Assembly: GCA_965223325.1 (NCBI GenBank)
Contig: CBDCWI010000002.1
Location: 3,776,001-3,840,000, forward strand
Direction: 5' to 3'
Source: Candidatus Multivoradales bacterium
Lineage (GTDB): Bacteria; Acidobacteriota; Thermoanaerobaculia; Multivoradales; Multivoraceae
DNA: 64,000 bases
Positions 38,897 through 46,909 of this stretch are shown here, piece by piece. The position numbers were made by a program, and so were the translations under genes. The notes under the pieces were generated by a model. That model saw only the letters and a list, made by a program, of their open reading frames with translations, had not been told where the DNA came from and did not search any database. Position 1 is the stretch's first letter. Each line of letters begins with the position of its first letter.

Positions 38897-39561
38897 GGCC
38901 TCTAGTGCGTAGTCTGACTCTTCTGGCACTGTTCTCAGCGATTGCGGGCCCCGCCCTTGGCGCGACTGCGTGGTCGTTCGACACGGGAACCGAAGGCTGG
39001 AACTGCATTCGCGGCACTTGCTCCTGGTCGGATTCAGGCGTATTGGAAGGCTCTGGGTCTTTGCTCCTTGAAGCAGAGTGCATCAACCAGCCCGAATCAT
39101 GCGATGCACATGCGGAATCCCCCTGCGTCGCCGTTTCGGGAGCCGAGATCACCTACGGCGCCAACATCGAGGCTAACCTCCCTGAAGGGTTCGGTTTTCT
39201 TGAAGTTCAGGTCTTCAGCGATGAACTGTGCCAAAACATAGTTTTCGGCTTCCCTGCGCTTCCGGAGATGGGAACGGGCTGGAATCGTCACGAACGTACC
39301 GTGCCGCTCCCGCTTGGCTCCCGCAGCGCCAAGCTACACGCGTCGTTCTGGGTTTCACTTGTTCCAGCATCGACGATCCGAGTCGATCAAGCTCAGATCA
39401 CGGTGGCTCAGCCAATTCCCGCGCTTAACTGGCAGGGTGCAGTGGTTCTCGGGGCTCTGGCTCTCGGTATCGGCTACCACCGCGTGGGTCGGCCACACAA
39501 CAACCCGATGCACTCGACTCGTACCCGTGCTCGCTTCGCTCGCCCGGGCACGAGCGAGTGA
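38893..39561 (+). CDS. Cassette 12 secreted Cys-rich protein with IPTL-CTERM-like tail (paralog of cassette 5)
   Basis: WSFDTGTEGWNCIRGTCSW vs WRFDAGLEEWHCEAGFCHW; SPCV; C-terminal IPALNWQG-hydrophobic-HRVGR. Confidence 0.65.
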   Translation: MWPLVRSLTLLALFSAIAGPALGATAWSFDTGTEGWNCIRGTCSWSDSGVLEGSGSLLLEAECINQPESCDAHAESPCVAVSGAEITYGANIEANLPEGFGFLEVQVFSDELCQNIVFGFPALPEMGTGWNRHERTVPLPLGSRSAKLHASFWVSLVPASTIRVDQAQITVAQPIPALNWQGAVVLGALALGIGYHRVGRPHNNPMHSTRTRARFARPGTSE

Positions 39562-39577
39562 TCGTCGTCCGTTGGGC
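39495..39577 (+). other. attC site 12
   Basis: ACACAAC...GTTGGGC. Confidence 0.9.
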
Positions 39578-40024
39578 GGCGACCCGGGGCAGGGACAGTT
39601 GACTGAGAAGGAACAGCTTGCCACCTTCGTCGTGGTTGTAGCGGAGTTCATGGAACGGCAAGCGCCGATCCCAGCCGAGCTAAGCATGGCCGAACACATG
39701 CGGCAACTCGATCCATGCAAAACACCGCTCGCCGGCTGGCGAGACGCTTCTCGCGACATGGTCGAGTGGGCAGTCGACCTCACGCCCGCCGAGGTGTTCG
39801 AAGTTGACGCGCTCTTGAGCGCTCGGAACGTACCCACTCTGACCGCCATGAGAAATCGGCGCTACCGTTCGCTGTTGAAGGTCCTGGCCCGTGGGGTGAA
39901 ATCTGCCGGCGACTACCGCCTCTTAGAGGCCTTCCTCGCTGACACCGCCGATACAATTCTGAGCGTCAAAGAACGAACACTTGCCGGGAGACGCGTTGAA
40001 GAGTACGACGCCAAGAACACCTGA
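39572..40024 (+). CDS. Cassette 13, identical copy of the cassette 1 protein
   Basis: 39571-40112 matches 32511-33052 (offset 7060). Confidence 0.75.
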   Translation: MGGDPGQGQLTEKEQLATFVVVVAEFMERQAPIPAELSMAEHMRQLDPCKTPLAGWRDASRDMVEWAVDLTPAEVFEVDALLSARNVPTLTAMRNRRYRSLLKVLARGVKSAGDYRLLEAFLADTADTILSVKERTLAGRRVEEYDAKNT

Positions 40025-40029
40025 GCGCC

Positions 40030-40116
40030 GCCCAACAAACCGCATGCACGTGGACGCAAACCCCGGGCTCGCTGCGCTCGCTCGGGCTTCACGCCAGTGA
40101 TGCTTGTCCGTTGTGC
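40030..40116 (+). other. attC site 13
   Basis: GCCCAAC...GTTGTGC; body identical to attC 1. Confidence 0.9.
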
Positions 40117-40125
40117 GGCCTATCG

Positions 40126-40887
40126 ATGAATGTGACGACTGAATCTGAACAAGAGGTGGGTGCGGAACTGTCTGCGGGTTTCCGCGATCTTGGCAGCCGT
40201 CTCGGTAGGCTTCTTACCAGCCTCGCTGGCTGCTCCGCCATCGCGTTCGTGATGGGTTGGGTGTACTACCGCACCTACTTCTCCATGTTCGGCTGGTCCT
40301 GGCTCGTATCGGAAGTGCGCACCGGAGAGCTGTTGGCGGCGGCTCTGTTTCCGGCTGGAATCTTGGGCGTCTGCGCTGCAATCTCGTTCAGAGACGCGAC
40401 CCGAAGCGTCGATTGGCGTCGGCAATCAGCCGGTGAGATTAGGTTCTTTGTTGTGGCCTTCGTCGCGCTCGGGATCGCTGCTTTGATCGCTGCGTCGAAG
40501 CGCTACCTCGGTTTGGCAGAGATCCTCAATGGGGCAACCTACATGCCAATTGGCTACGTCTTCGGGAATCTCATCGTTGACTTGGCGCGGGAGGGGACTT
40601 CGCGACAGCCCCGCCACTGGGTATGGCTTCCGCTGACTCTGATTATGGTCCTCGGGGCGGCCACCTACTACCTCCCATCCCAGGCGGGCCGCGTGGCTGG
40701 GGTTAAGGCCCTTCAAAGGCCCGAGCGCTTGCCGAGAGTTGTATTTGGCGACTCGACAGACCAGGAGTGGCGTAGGCTTCACTCGGTCGGCGACCTGTTC
40801 TTTCTGGTGCGGGTCGACGGTGGCGGGGTTGCCACCCAGCGCCGGATTGTCCCGATCGGCGATGCATATGCGGAGCTTGATCCATGA
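40126..40887 (+). CDS. Cassette 14 hypothetical multi-TM protein
   Basis: About five TM segments; GWVYYRTYFSMFG. Confidence 0.7.
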   Translation: MNVTTESEQEVGAELSAGFRDLGSRLGRLLTSLAGCSAIAFVMGWVYYRTYFSMFGWSWLVSEVRTGELLAAALFPAGILGVCAAISFRDATRSVDWRRQSAGEIRFFVVAFVALGIAALIAASKRYLGLAEILNGATYMPIGYVFGNLIVDLAREGTSRQPRHWVWLPLTLIMVLGAATYYLPSQAGRVAGVKALQRPERLPRVVFGDSTDQEWRRLHSVGDLFFLVRVDGGGVATQRRIVPIGDAYAELDP

Positions 40888-40895
40888 GGGCGGCC

Positions 40896-40978
40896 GCACA
40901 ACAATCGAATGCACTGGATGGGAACCCGCGCTCGCTTCGCTCGCTCGGGCTCCCACCAGTGATTCTTGTCCGTTATGC
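40896..40978 (+). other. attC site 14
   Basis: GCACAAC...GTTATGC. Confidence 0.9.
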
Positions 40979-40981
40979 AGC

Positions 40982-41011
40982 TTGACGGAGCCATGTCAAA
41001 TTTGACATAGT
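40982..41011 (+). promoter_or_regulatory. TA promoter with palindromic operator
   Basis: TTGACG-N18-CATAGT with the perfect palindrome ATGTCAAATTTGACAT at 40993-41008. Confidence 0.75.
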
Positions 41012-41017
41012 TGCTGG

Positions 41018-41356
41018 GTGGCTGCGTCAGACAAGCCGCTCGTGTGGCTTCACGCCGAGGTCAAGACCCCACCGTTTTCAGCTGCTGCAAGGCTCGAGGC
41101 CGGGGTTCTTCTCCGGCGCCTTCAGAAGGGCGAGAGCATCGGCATGCCCCATTCGCGGCCGATGCCCAGCATCGGGAAGCGCTGCCACGAGCTACGCATC
41201 AACGACGGCGAGAACACCTGGCGGATCGTCCACCGCCGCGATCCGGACGCAATCGTGATCGTTGAGGTCTTCGCGAAGAAGACCCAGAAGACACCGAAGT
41301 CGGTCATCGAAGCCAGCAAAGATCGTCTGCGGCGATACGACGAAGCATCGAGGTAA
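41018..41356 (+). CDS. Cassette 15 RelE/HigB (Gp49-like) toxin
   Basis: KTPPFS...MPHSRPMPSIG..CHELRI...WRI...FAKKTQKTP. Confidence 0.85.
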   Translation: MAASDKPLVWLHAEVKTPPFSAAARLEAGVLLRRLQKGESIGMPHSRPMPSIGKRCHELRINDGENTWRIVHRRDPDAIVIVEVFAKKTQKTPKSVIEASKDRLRRYDEASR

Positions 41357-41363
41357 CGCAACC

Positions 41364-41684
41364 ATGAAGAAGAGCAAAGAGAAGAAGCTGAAGAGGGCGG
41401 GCTGGAAGGTTGGTTCCACCAAGGACTTCCTCGAGCTCACTCCCGAAGAGGAAGCCCTTGTCGAGATCCGACTTCGGCTTGCCCAGTGCGTTCGCGAGTT
41501 GCGCCGGGATATGAACCTTACTCAGCAGTCGGTTGCGAATCTCATCGGTTCGAGCCAGTCCAGGGTCGCGAAGATGGAAAAGGCCGACCCCTCGGTGAGC
41601 CTCGACCTGATGGTTCGGTCGCTTGTGGCTCTCGGGAAGTCTCGCAAGGACGTTGGGCGTGTCATTGCTGCAGACGCTGCATAA
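41364..41684 (+). CDS. Cassette 15 XRE-HTH (HigA-like) antitoxin
   Basis: GWKVGS..DFLEL...LTQQSVANLIGSSQSRVAKME. Confidence 0.88.
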   Translation: MKKSKEKKLKRAGWKVGSTKDFLELTPEEEALVEIRLRLAQCVRELRRDMNLTQQSVANLIGSSQSRVAKMEKADPSVSLDLMVRSLVALGKSRKDVGRVIAADAA

Positions 41685-41764
41685 CAACACGTTGCAGCAG
41701 ACGCGAACCCTCTCACTCGCTGCGCTCGCTCCGGGTTCGCGCAGCTGAACTTAATCCGTTCGGC
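41679..41764 (+). other. attC site 15
   Basis: GCATAAC...GTTCGGC. Confidence 0.9.
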
Positions 41765-41803
41765 TACATGTCGCGAGCACAGACTCTTCGGTAGAATCGG
41801 ATG

Positions 41804-42019
41804 ATGAAGATCGTCAAAGGAACCGTCGTTGATGGCCGGGTCGAGGTTGTAGGCGAACGGCTCGAAGATGGGCAGTCGGTGACCGTCCTGGTCGGCCAAG
41901 GCGAGGAATCGTTCACGTTGCCCGCCCACCAGGTCGCCGAGCTGCAAGCCGCGCTCGACGAATCAGCTCGAGGCGAGGTCGTAGACGGCTGGGAGCTTCT
42001 CGAAGATCTGCGGGCCTGA
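41804..42019 (+). CDS. Cassette 16 putative antitoxin
   Basis: Small and acidic; ALDESARGEVVD ParD-like tail; precedes a RelE/ParE gene. Confidence 0.7.
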   Translation: MKIVKGTVVDGRVEVVGERLEDGQSVTVLVGQGEESFTLPAHQVAELQAALDESARGEVVDGWELLEDLRA

Positions 42020-42022
42020 GTC

Positions 42023-42319
42023 TTGCGGCTGGTCGTCCTTCGGTCTGCCGAGACGCAGATCCGTGAGGCGAGTGAGTGGTGGTACGAGAATCGGGAAGGT
42101 GCCGATGGAGTCTTTCGCAGCGAACTGTCGCGGGCGTTCCGTCTCGTTCTCCGCTTCCCACGCTCGGGCGCGCTGGCCACTCATGCCGAGCTCCCTGGTG
42201 TTCGCCGAATCCTCATGCCTCGAACGAGCTACTACCTCTACTACCACCTTGTTGATGAGCACACCGTCGAAGTCCTCGCTCTCTGGCACACGAGCCGCGG
42301 AGAAGAGGCTCCAGTGTGA
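42023..42319 (+). CDS. Cassette 16 RelE/ParE family toxin
   Basis: AETQIREASEWWY...FPRSG...RRILM..YYLYY..VEVLALWHTSR. Confidence 0.85.
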   Translation: MRLVVLRSAETQIREASEWWYENREGADGVFRSELSRAFRLVLRFPRSGALATHAELPGVRRILMPRTSYYLYYHLVDEHTVEVLALWHTSRGEEAPV

Positions 42320-42324
42320 GGGCA

Positions 42325-42409
42325 GCCGAACAACTGGCCGCAGCAGACACGAACCCTGGGCTCGCTGCACTCGCTCAGGCTTCGTGCAGCTGAGCCTTGT
42401 CCGTTCGGC
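42325..42409 (+). other. attC site 16
   Basis: GCCGAAC...GTTCGGC. Confidence 0.9.
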
Positions 42410-42458
42410 GGCTCCTCGCGCGCCCGAGCTGCTTCTCGGCCGCTGCTAGAATCGAACG

Positions 42459-42733
42459 GTGAGGTTCCTTTGGGATCACGAGAAGGCGACATCCAACGCC
42501 GAGAAGCACGGAGTCACCTTCGCGGAGGCCTCGACCGTGTTCGGCGACTGTTGGCTTGGACGTTTCCCGACCCCGACCATTCCGAAGTCGAGCAGCGGTA
42601 CATCACGATTGGCGCGTCGGGAGCCGGCCGGCTCCTCGTCGTTTCCCACGTCGAACTCGAAGACGACGCTCTCCGCCTGATCAGTGCCCGGCAAACCACG
42701 CGTAAAGAACGAATGGACTATGAAGAAGGATAA
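42459..42733 (+). pseudogene. Cassette 17 BrnT toxin, frameshifted near 42548
   Basis: WDHEKATSNAEKHGVTFAEASTVFGD in one frame; DPDHSEVEQRYITIG...RLISAR in another (1-nt deletion). Confidence 0.8.
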
Positions 42734-42950
42734 GGCAGAAGACATGCGAGCGGAGTACGACTTTTCCACGATGGCCGGCGGTGTTCGCGGAAAGTACCGG
42801 AAAGCCTTCCTAGAGGGTACGAACGTCGTGCTTCTTGAGCCCGACGTGGCCAAGGCCTTTCCAAGCGCTGCCGCCGTGAACGAGGCACTCCGGAAACTCA
42901 TCGCAAACACCGACGAGCCGTCGGTGCCTGCAAAGGCCGAGAAGAGCTGA
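42720..42950 (+). CDS. Cassette 17 BrnA-like antitoxin
   Basis: DMRAEYDFS..GVRGKY...LEPDVAKAFP...VNEALR. Confidence 0.8.
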   Translation: MKKDKAEDMRAEYDFSTMAGGVRGKYRKAFLEGTNVVLLEPDVAKAFPSAAAVNEALRKLIANTDEPSVPAKAEKS

Positions 42951-42968
42951 CTCAGTCCGCATCCCGCC

Positions 42969-43053
42969 GCCGAACAAAACGTTCCAGCAGACACGAACCC
43001 CGGGCTCGCTGCGCTCGCTCGGGCTTCGTGCAGCTAAGCCTCGTCCGTTCTGC
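42969..43053 (+). other. attC site 17
   Basis: GCCGAAC...GTTCTGC. Confidence 0.9.
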
Positions 43054-43068
43054 GGCGTAGGATGAGGC

Positions 43069-43337
43069 ATGCCGGAGCTGTCCCGATTCTTCGGAATCAT
43101 CATTCGCATGTTCGCCGAAGCGGGCGAGTCGCACCACCTTCCGCACTTTCACGCTTACTACCAGATCATGCAGGCGTTTACGCGATCGGCGACATCGAGT
43201 GCATCGCCGGAGGCCTTCCACGCCGGCAAGACCGACTTGTGCTGGCATGGGCTGAGCTGCACCAGGAGGAACTGCAGGCGGCGTGGGAAGTGCTTCAGAC
43301 CGGCCGCGCACCGGGACGTATCGAGCCGCTAGAATAG
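43069..43337 (+). pseudogene. Cassette 18 DUF4160 (DhiT-like) toxin, frameshifted near 43164
   Basis: MPELSRFFGIIIRM...HHLPHFHAYYQ, then GGLPRRQDRLVLAWAELHQEEL..W...RIEPL in another frame. Confidence 0.8.
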
Positions 43338-43345
43338 AGAGTGCC

Positions 43346-43642
43346 ATGCAACACGAACTCCACAGGGTCACGTCCTTCGCGATCATCGGGGATACCTCTC
43401 TCCGTGTCGTCTTCGACGACGGCTCGGAGCAGGAGATCGAGTTCTCACCCGTGCTTCACGGCGAGATCTACGGGCCGCTCGCGGATCCAGCGTTCTTCGC
43501 GCAGGTCCGCCTGGACGAAGAGGTTCACACGCTCGTCTGGCCCAACGGCGCTGACTTCGACCCTGCGACACTTCACAACTGGCCAAGTGTCGCCGCAGCG
43601 ATGGCCGAACTGGCGGAGTCCTGGGTTGCCGTGCCCAGCTGA
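43346..43642 (+). CDS. Cassette 18 DUF2442 (DhiA-like) antitoxin
   Basis: LRVVFDDG...PLADPAFFAQV...TLVWPNGADFDPATL. Confidence 0.88.
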   Translation: MQHELHRVTSFAIIGDTSLRVVFDDGSEQEIEFSPVLHGEIYGPLADPAFFAQVRLDEEVHTLVWPNGADFDPATLHNWPSVAAAMAELAESWVAVPS

Positions 43643-43653
43643 GCCGACACGCC

Positions 43654-43738
43654 GCAGAACAATCGGCTCCAGCAGACACGAACCCTTGGCTCGCTGCGCT
43701 CGCCCAGGCTTCGTGCTGCTCACCCTTGTCCGTTCGGC
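43654..43738 (+). other. attC site 18
   Basis: GCAGAAC...GTTCGGC. Confidence 0.9.
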
Positions 43739-43766
43739 GGCACGGGCCGCGCCCTAGAATGTCGTC

Positions 43767-44001
43767 GTGTACTTCGAGATTCTCGGCGAGATCAGCGCGG
43801 TCGAAGTCATCGCGGTTGGCAACTCCATCCGCGAGCTCGAACGGCTCGTGGAGGCCCACGGCGATGGGCGTTGGCGCAAACTGAAAGGCGTCGTTAACAG
43901 TCCGCCTTCACGACGAGTCTGTGTGCACTGCTGAGATACACTGGTACGAGGCTCACGGCATTGGACGTCGTGAGTTCAAGCTCAAACGCATCCTCCGCTA
44001 G
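43767..44001 (+). pseudogene. Cassette 19 small basic toxin-like protein, frameshifted near 43897
   Basis: MYFEILGEISAVEVIAVGNSIRELERL..HGDGRWRKLKGV, then (1-nt insertion) VRLHDESVCTAEIHWYEAHGIGRREFKLKRILR. Confidence 0.7.
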
Positions 44002-44004
44002 CCC

Positions 44005-44226
44005 ATGGAAACCGTCACCTACGTGCTCTGCGTGAACCGCGACGGCTACGAGGCGTCGCTAGAAACACGCAAGATCTACCGGTCCTTACCGGACCTTGAA
44101 GCGTCTCAGCGCTCGCTTATCAGGGTGATCGACGAGTCGGGTGAGGACTACCTTTTCCCGGTGAGCTTCTTCGTACCGATCGAGGTCCCCGAAGCCGCCC
44201 GGGAGGCCTTCGCAGAAGCGTCGTAG
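44005..44226 (+). CDS. Cassette 19 small acidic partner protein (putative antitoxin)
   Basis: YVLCVNRDGYEASLE.RKIY...IRVIDESGEDYLFP..FF; 3 bp after the upstream stop; paralog at 49228. Confidence 0.75.
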   Translation: METVTYVLCVNRDGYEASLETRKIYRSLPDLEASQRSLIRVIDESGEDYLFPVSFFVPIEVPEAAREAFAEAS

Positions 44227-44257
44227 GTGTGCCGCCGAACACCTATGAGGTCCCCTG

Positions 44258-44720
44258 ACGTCAAGCGGCAAACGTCTCTTAGCGGACGCGGTCCGTAACG
44301 GTTTTCGATCAGGTTTCGATATCTGACTTTGGTTTCAGAGTGGGTGCGAGGCGAAGCCTCTGCACCAAACACCTATTGGGCCTCTGCCCTCGCTTTCGCG
44401 ACGACTGCTGGCCTAGGCCAGCGGACCAGAAACACATCGGTGCCCTCGTACCGTCCGATTCAAACCGTGCTGGTCACGCCCGGGAGCGCGCCGGAGTTGG
44501 TTGCCTGGCTCGGGTGAGGGGCAGAGGTCGAGATCGACCGAATGCTGGAAGGTGAGTGGGAAGCCCCGTCGATTCAACCGGTCTGGCTGCCGGCTCTTTG
44601 TGTCTCAGGGCGCGTTGGGTGTCGATGCACCAGGAGCGGGTACTCCGATGAAGCGCCAAGGATGAGATCGGGCCGTGTGGCTCCAGTTAGGCGGAGGGCT
44701 CGAGGCTTCCGACTCGGAGA
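44258..44720 (-). ncRNA. Candidate bridge RNA / seekRNA in the IS 3' non-coding end
   Basis: About 480-bp hairpin-rich region downstream of the transposase, conserved in copies 2 and 3, containing junction-matching motifs AACACCTAT and TTCAA(A)C; RNA boundaries unknown. Confidence 0.6.
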
Positions 44721-45761
44721 TCAGGCGTTCATGAAGGTCGGGAGGTGGAAGGCTTGGTTGTTCTTGAGCATGAAGTAGACGGCGCGGCCCAGCTTGTGGC
44801 GGAGTCACGGCGTAGGCCTTGGTCTTGCCGTGCTTGCGCTTGAGGCGCTCGAGGAGTTTCTTGCCGTGATCCTGGCGCTGGGCGAAGAGCACGGCGGCTT
44901 CGGAGAAGGCCCACTTGAGGTGATGGTTGCCGATCTTGTGGCGACCGCTTCAGGTCCGCTTGCCCGCGGACTCGCGCTGTGGGCGGATCAGCCGGGCATA
45001 GCAAAGTGCTGCACGGTCGGAAATCGCGAGATGTCTTCGATCTCGTACAGCATCGTCATGCCGAGGATGGGACCGACGCCGGGGATCGACGTGAGGCGCG
45101 AGAGCACGGTGGGATCGTGGTCTTTGGCGAGTTCGCGGAGGTACTTCTCGACATCGGAGATGACCTCGTCGAAGGCCGCAATGAGCCGCTGGTTGGCGTC
45201 GATACTTTTCTTCGCTGACGGATCATCGAAGTGATGGAGGAGATCCGTGCGGTCCGACGGCCTGGCGATCCTGCCGAGGGTGGCGTCGCAGTTGTACTGA
45301 GTGTTCGAGGTGCGGATGTGGACGAAGAGCTCGGCGCGCTTGCGTGTGAAGTACTGGCGCCTGCGCAGGAGATCTCTCGCGGCTCTCATCTTCTTGGGAT
45401 AGGTGTAGGCCATTGGAAAGGTCCCGCCTCGCAGGAGGGCGGCGAGCTTGTAGGAATCGACCTTGTCGTTCTTGGCCTTGGCGCCATGGATTGCGCTCAT
45501 ATAGAGGGCATGGCCGAGGACGAATTCGATTCCCTCCTCGGCGCAGAGGTCGGCGAGCCAGTACCAGGAGAACATGCACTCGACACCCACGACCAGATCG
45601 TCTCGGAAGGGTTCGATGGCCTCGAGGAAGGCATCAGGCCGAGCGGGGACGTTTCGGTGATAGATCTTCTCGCCGTCCTCGTCGAGGACGCAGAGGTACA
45701 TCTTGCGAGCATGCAGATCGACACCGCAGGTGTGGCGATGACGGCGGTTGTAGAATCGCAT
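44721..45761 (-). pseudogene. IS110 (DEDD) recombinase, frameshifted near 45000 and 44806
   Basis: GVDLH, GVEC, KNDKVDS, SIPGVGP, ESAGK, KIGNHHLKWA split across frames. Confidence 0.88.
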
Positions 45762-45925
45762 CGAGGTCTCCTTGAAAAGAGTTTCTGTTTTACCGCTCGG
45801 AAGCTACCGCGTGGGTAGCTCGCCAGGGGACCTCAATGATCTTCAACCAGCTCCACAACGACCGGAACCCTCAGCCGCTTCGCGGCCTCCGGGTTCCGGC
45901 GTGTGAGCTTCGTCCGTTCGACAGC

Positions 45926-45954
45926 TTGAGGCGCCACTACAAAGTAGTTACAAT
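45926..45954 (+). promoter_or_regulatory. TA promoter (leaderless)
   Basis: TTGAGG-N17-TACAAT, overlapping the CTACA..TGTAG inverted repeat; GTG follows after a 6-nt gap. Confidence 0.7.
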
Positions 45955-45960
45955 GTAGCT

Positions 45961-46257
45961 GTGGCTGAGCTTCGGTTCGAGTGGGATGAATCCAAGGCGT
46001 CCTCCGACCAGAGGAAGCACGGCGTCTCCTTCGATGAGGCGTCGACGGTGTTCTTCGATGAGCACGGCCTGTTCATGGCCGATCCGGCTCACTCGGAGGA
46101 GGAAGATCGCTTCTTCATCCTCGGTCTCAGCCAGTCCCTGAGGCTTCTCGTGGTCTGTCACTGCTACCGCGAGAGCGAAGATCTCATACGTCTCATCAGC
46201 GCCCGCAAGGCGGACCGGTCTGAACGGCGCCAGTACAACCAACGGCTACCCAGATGA
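45961..46257 (+). CDS. brnT: Cassette 20 BrnT toxin (intact)
   Basis: FEWDESK...KHGVSFDEASTVF...HSEEEDRF...IRLISARKA. Confidence 0.9.
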   Translation: MAELRFEWDESKASSDQRKHGVSFDEASTVFFDEHGLFMADPAHSEEEDRFFILGLSQSLRLLVVCHCYRESEDLIRLISARKADRSERRQYNQRLPR

Positions 46258-46472
46258 AGAAGAACTACGACTTCTCCAAGGCCAAGAAGAACCCTTTCGC
46301 CAAACGCCTCAAGAGGCAGATCACGATTCGGATCGACGGTGGCACTCTCGAGTACTTCCGCCAGCTATCGGACGAGCTAGGTATTCCGTACCAGACCCTG
46401 ATCAACCTCTACCTCGGCGAATGTGCGAGGGACGAGAAGCGACCGTCGCTGAAGTGGGAAGCTACGGCGTGA
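46254..46472 (+). CDS. brnA: Cassette 20 BrnA/CopG-like antitoxin
   Basis: YDFSKAKKNPF..ITIRID...YF...GIPYQTLINLYL; ATGA overlap. Confidence 0.88.
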   Translation: MKKNYDFSKAKKNPFAKRLKRQITIRIDGGTLEYFRQLSDELGIPYQTLINLYLGECARDEKRPSLKWEATA

Positions 46473-46479
46473 CCAGGCT

Positions 46480-46553
46480 GTCGAACAACCACGTGCACTG
46501 GACACGAACCCGCGCTCGCTCGGGTCCGTGCCAGTGAGGTTCGTCCGTTGGGC
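46480..46553 (+). other. attC site 20
   Basis: GTCGAAC...GTTGGGC. Confidence 0.88.
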
Positions 46554-46575
46554 AGCCGGAGTGGGCCACGCGCGC

Positions 46576-46613
46576 ATAAGCCGTTGACTTAGTAGGTCAT
46601 TGGCTTATATGAT
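46576..46613 (+). promoter_or_regulatory. TA promoter with inverted-repeat operator
   Basis: TTGACT-N18-TATGAT, overlapping ATAAGCC...GGCTTAT. Confidence 0.75.
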
Positions 46614-46619
46614 CTTGGA

Positions 46620-46909
46620 GTGCTGTACGAGTGGGACGACGAGAAGAACCTCGCGAACCAGCGCTCGCACGGCATCTCGTTCGAGGAGGCCACAGACCTC
46701 TTCGAGTCAGGCGTCGAGTACCTCGTGATCTTCGACGCGGATCACTCGGTCGACGAGGATCGCTTCATCGCCATCGGCCCGATCCAGCGCGGCATCATCC
46801 TGGTCGTGTGGACGGAGCGTGACGAGGATGTGGTGAGAATCATCAGCGCCCGCCGGCAACCCGCCATGAGGCAGAGCGCTACCAGGAACGAATGCGAGAC
46901 GGGACATGA
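46620..46909 (+). pseudogene. Cassette 21 BrnT toxin, frameshifted near 46856
   Basis: YEWDDEKNLAN..HGISFEEA...RIISARR; restoring one G gives ATRHEAERY...stop overlapping the antitoxin ATG. Confidence 0.75.

Larger units (their letters stand above)
44242..45843 (-). mobile_element. IS110 family, IS1111-type element inserted in attC 19 (copy 1, full length)
   Basis: Perfect 12-bp sub-terminal IRs TGAGGTCCCCTG (44246-44257) and CAGGGGACCTCA (45824-45835); CA core at both junctions; splits attC just after R'' (44234-44240), remainder at 45844-45922. Confidence 0.92.

Noticed and set aside
44329-44555. Small ORFs in the IS non-coding end (also 49978-50237) as passenger genes
   Set aside because: No recognisable motifs or RBS, and their conservation is explained by the IS duplication. 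Not fully excluded.
44242-45843. Group IIC-attC intron
   Set aside because: No reverse transcriptase motifs; the encoded protein is a DEDD IS110 recombinase with sub-terminal IRs.
42459-46909. Programmed ribosomal frameshifting in the split toxin genes
   Set aside because: No shared slippery sequence, and the shifts go in both directions; mutation or sequencing error is simpler.
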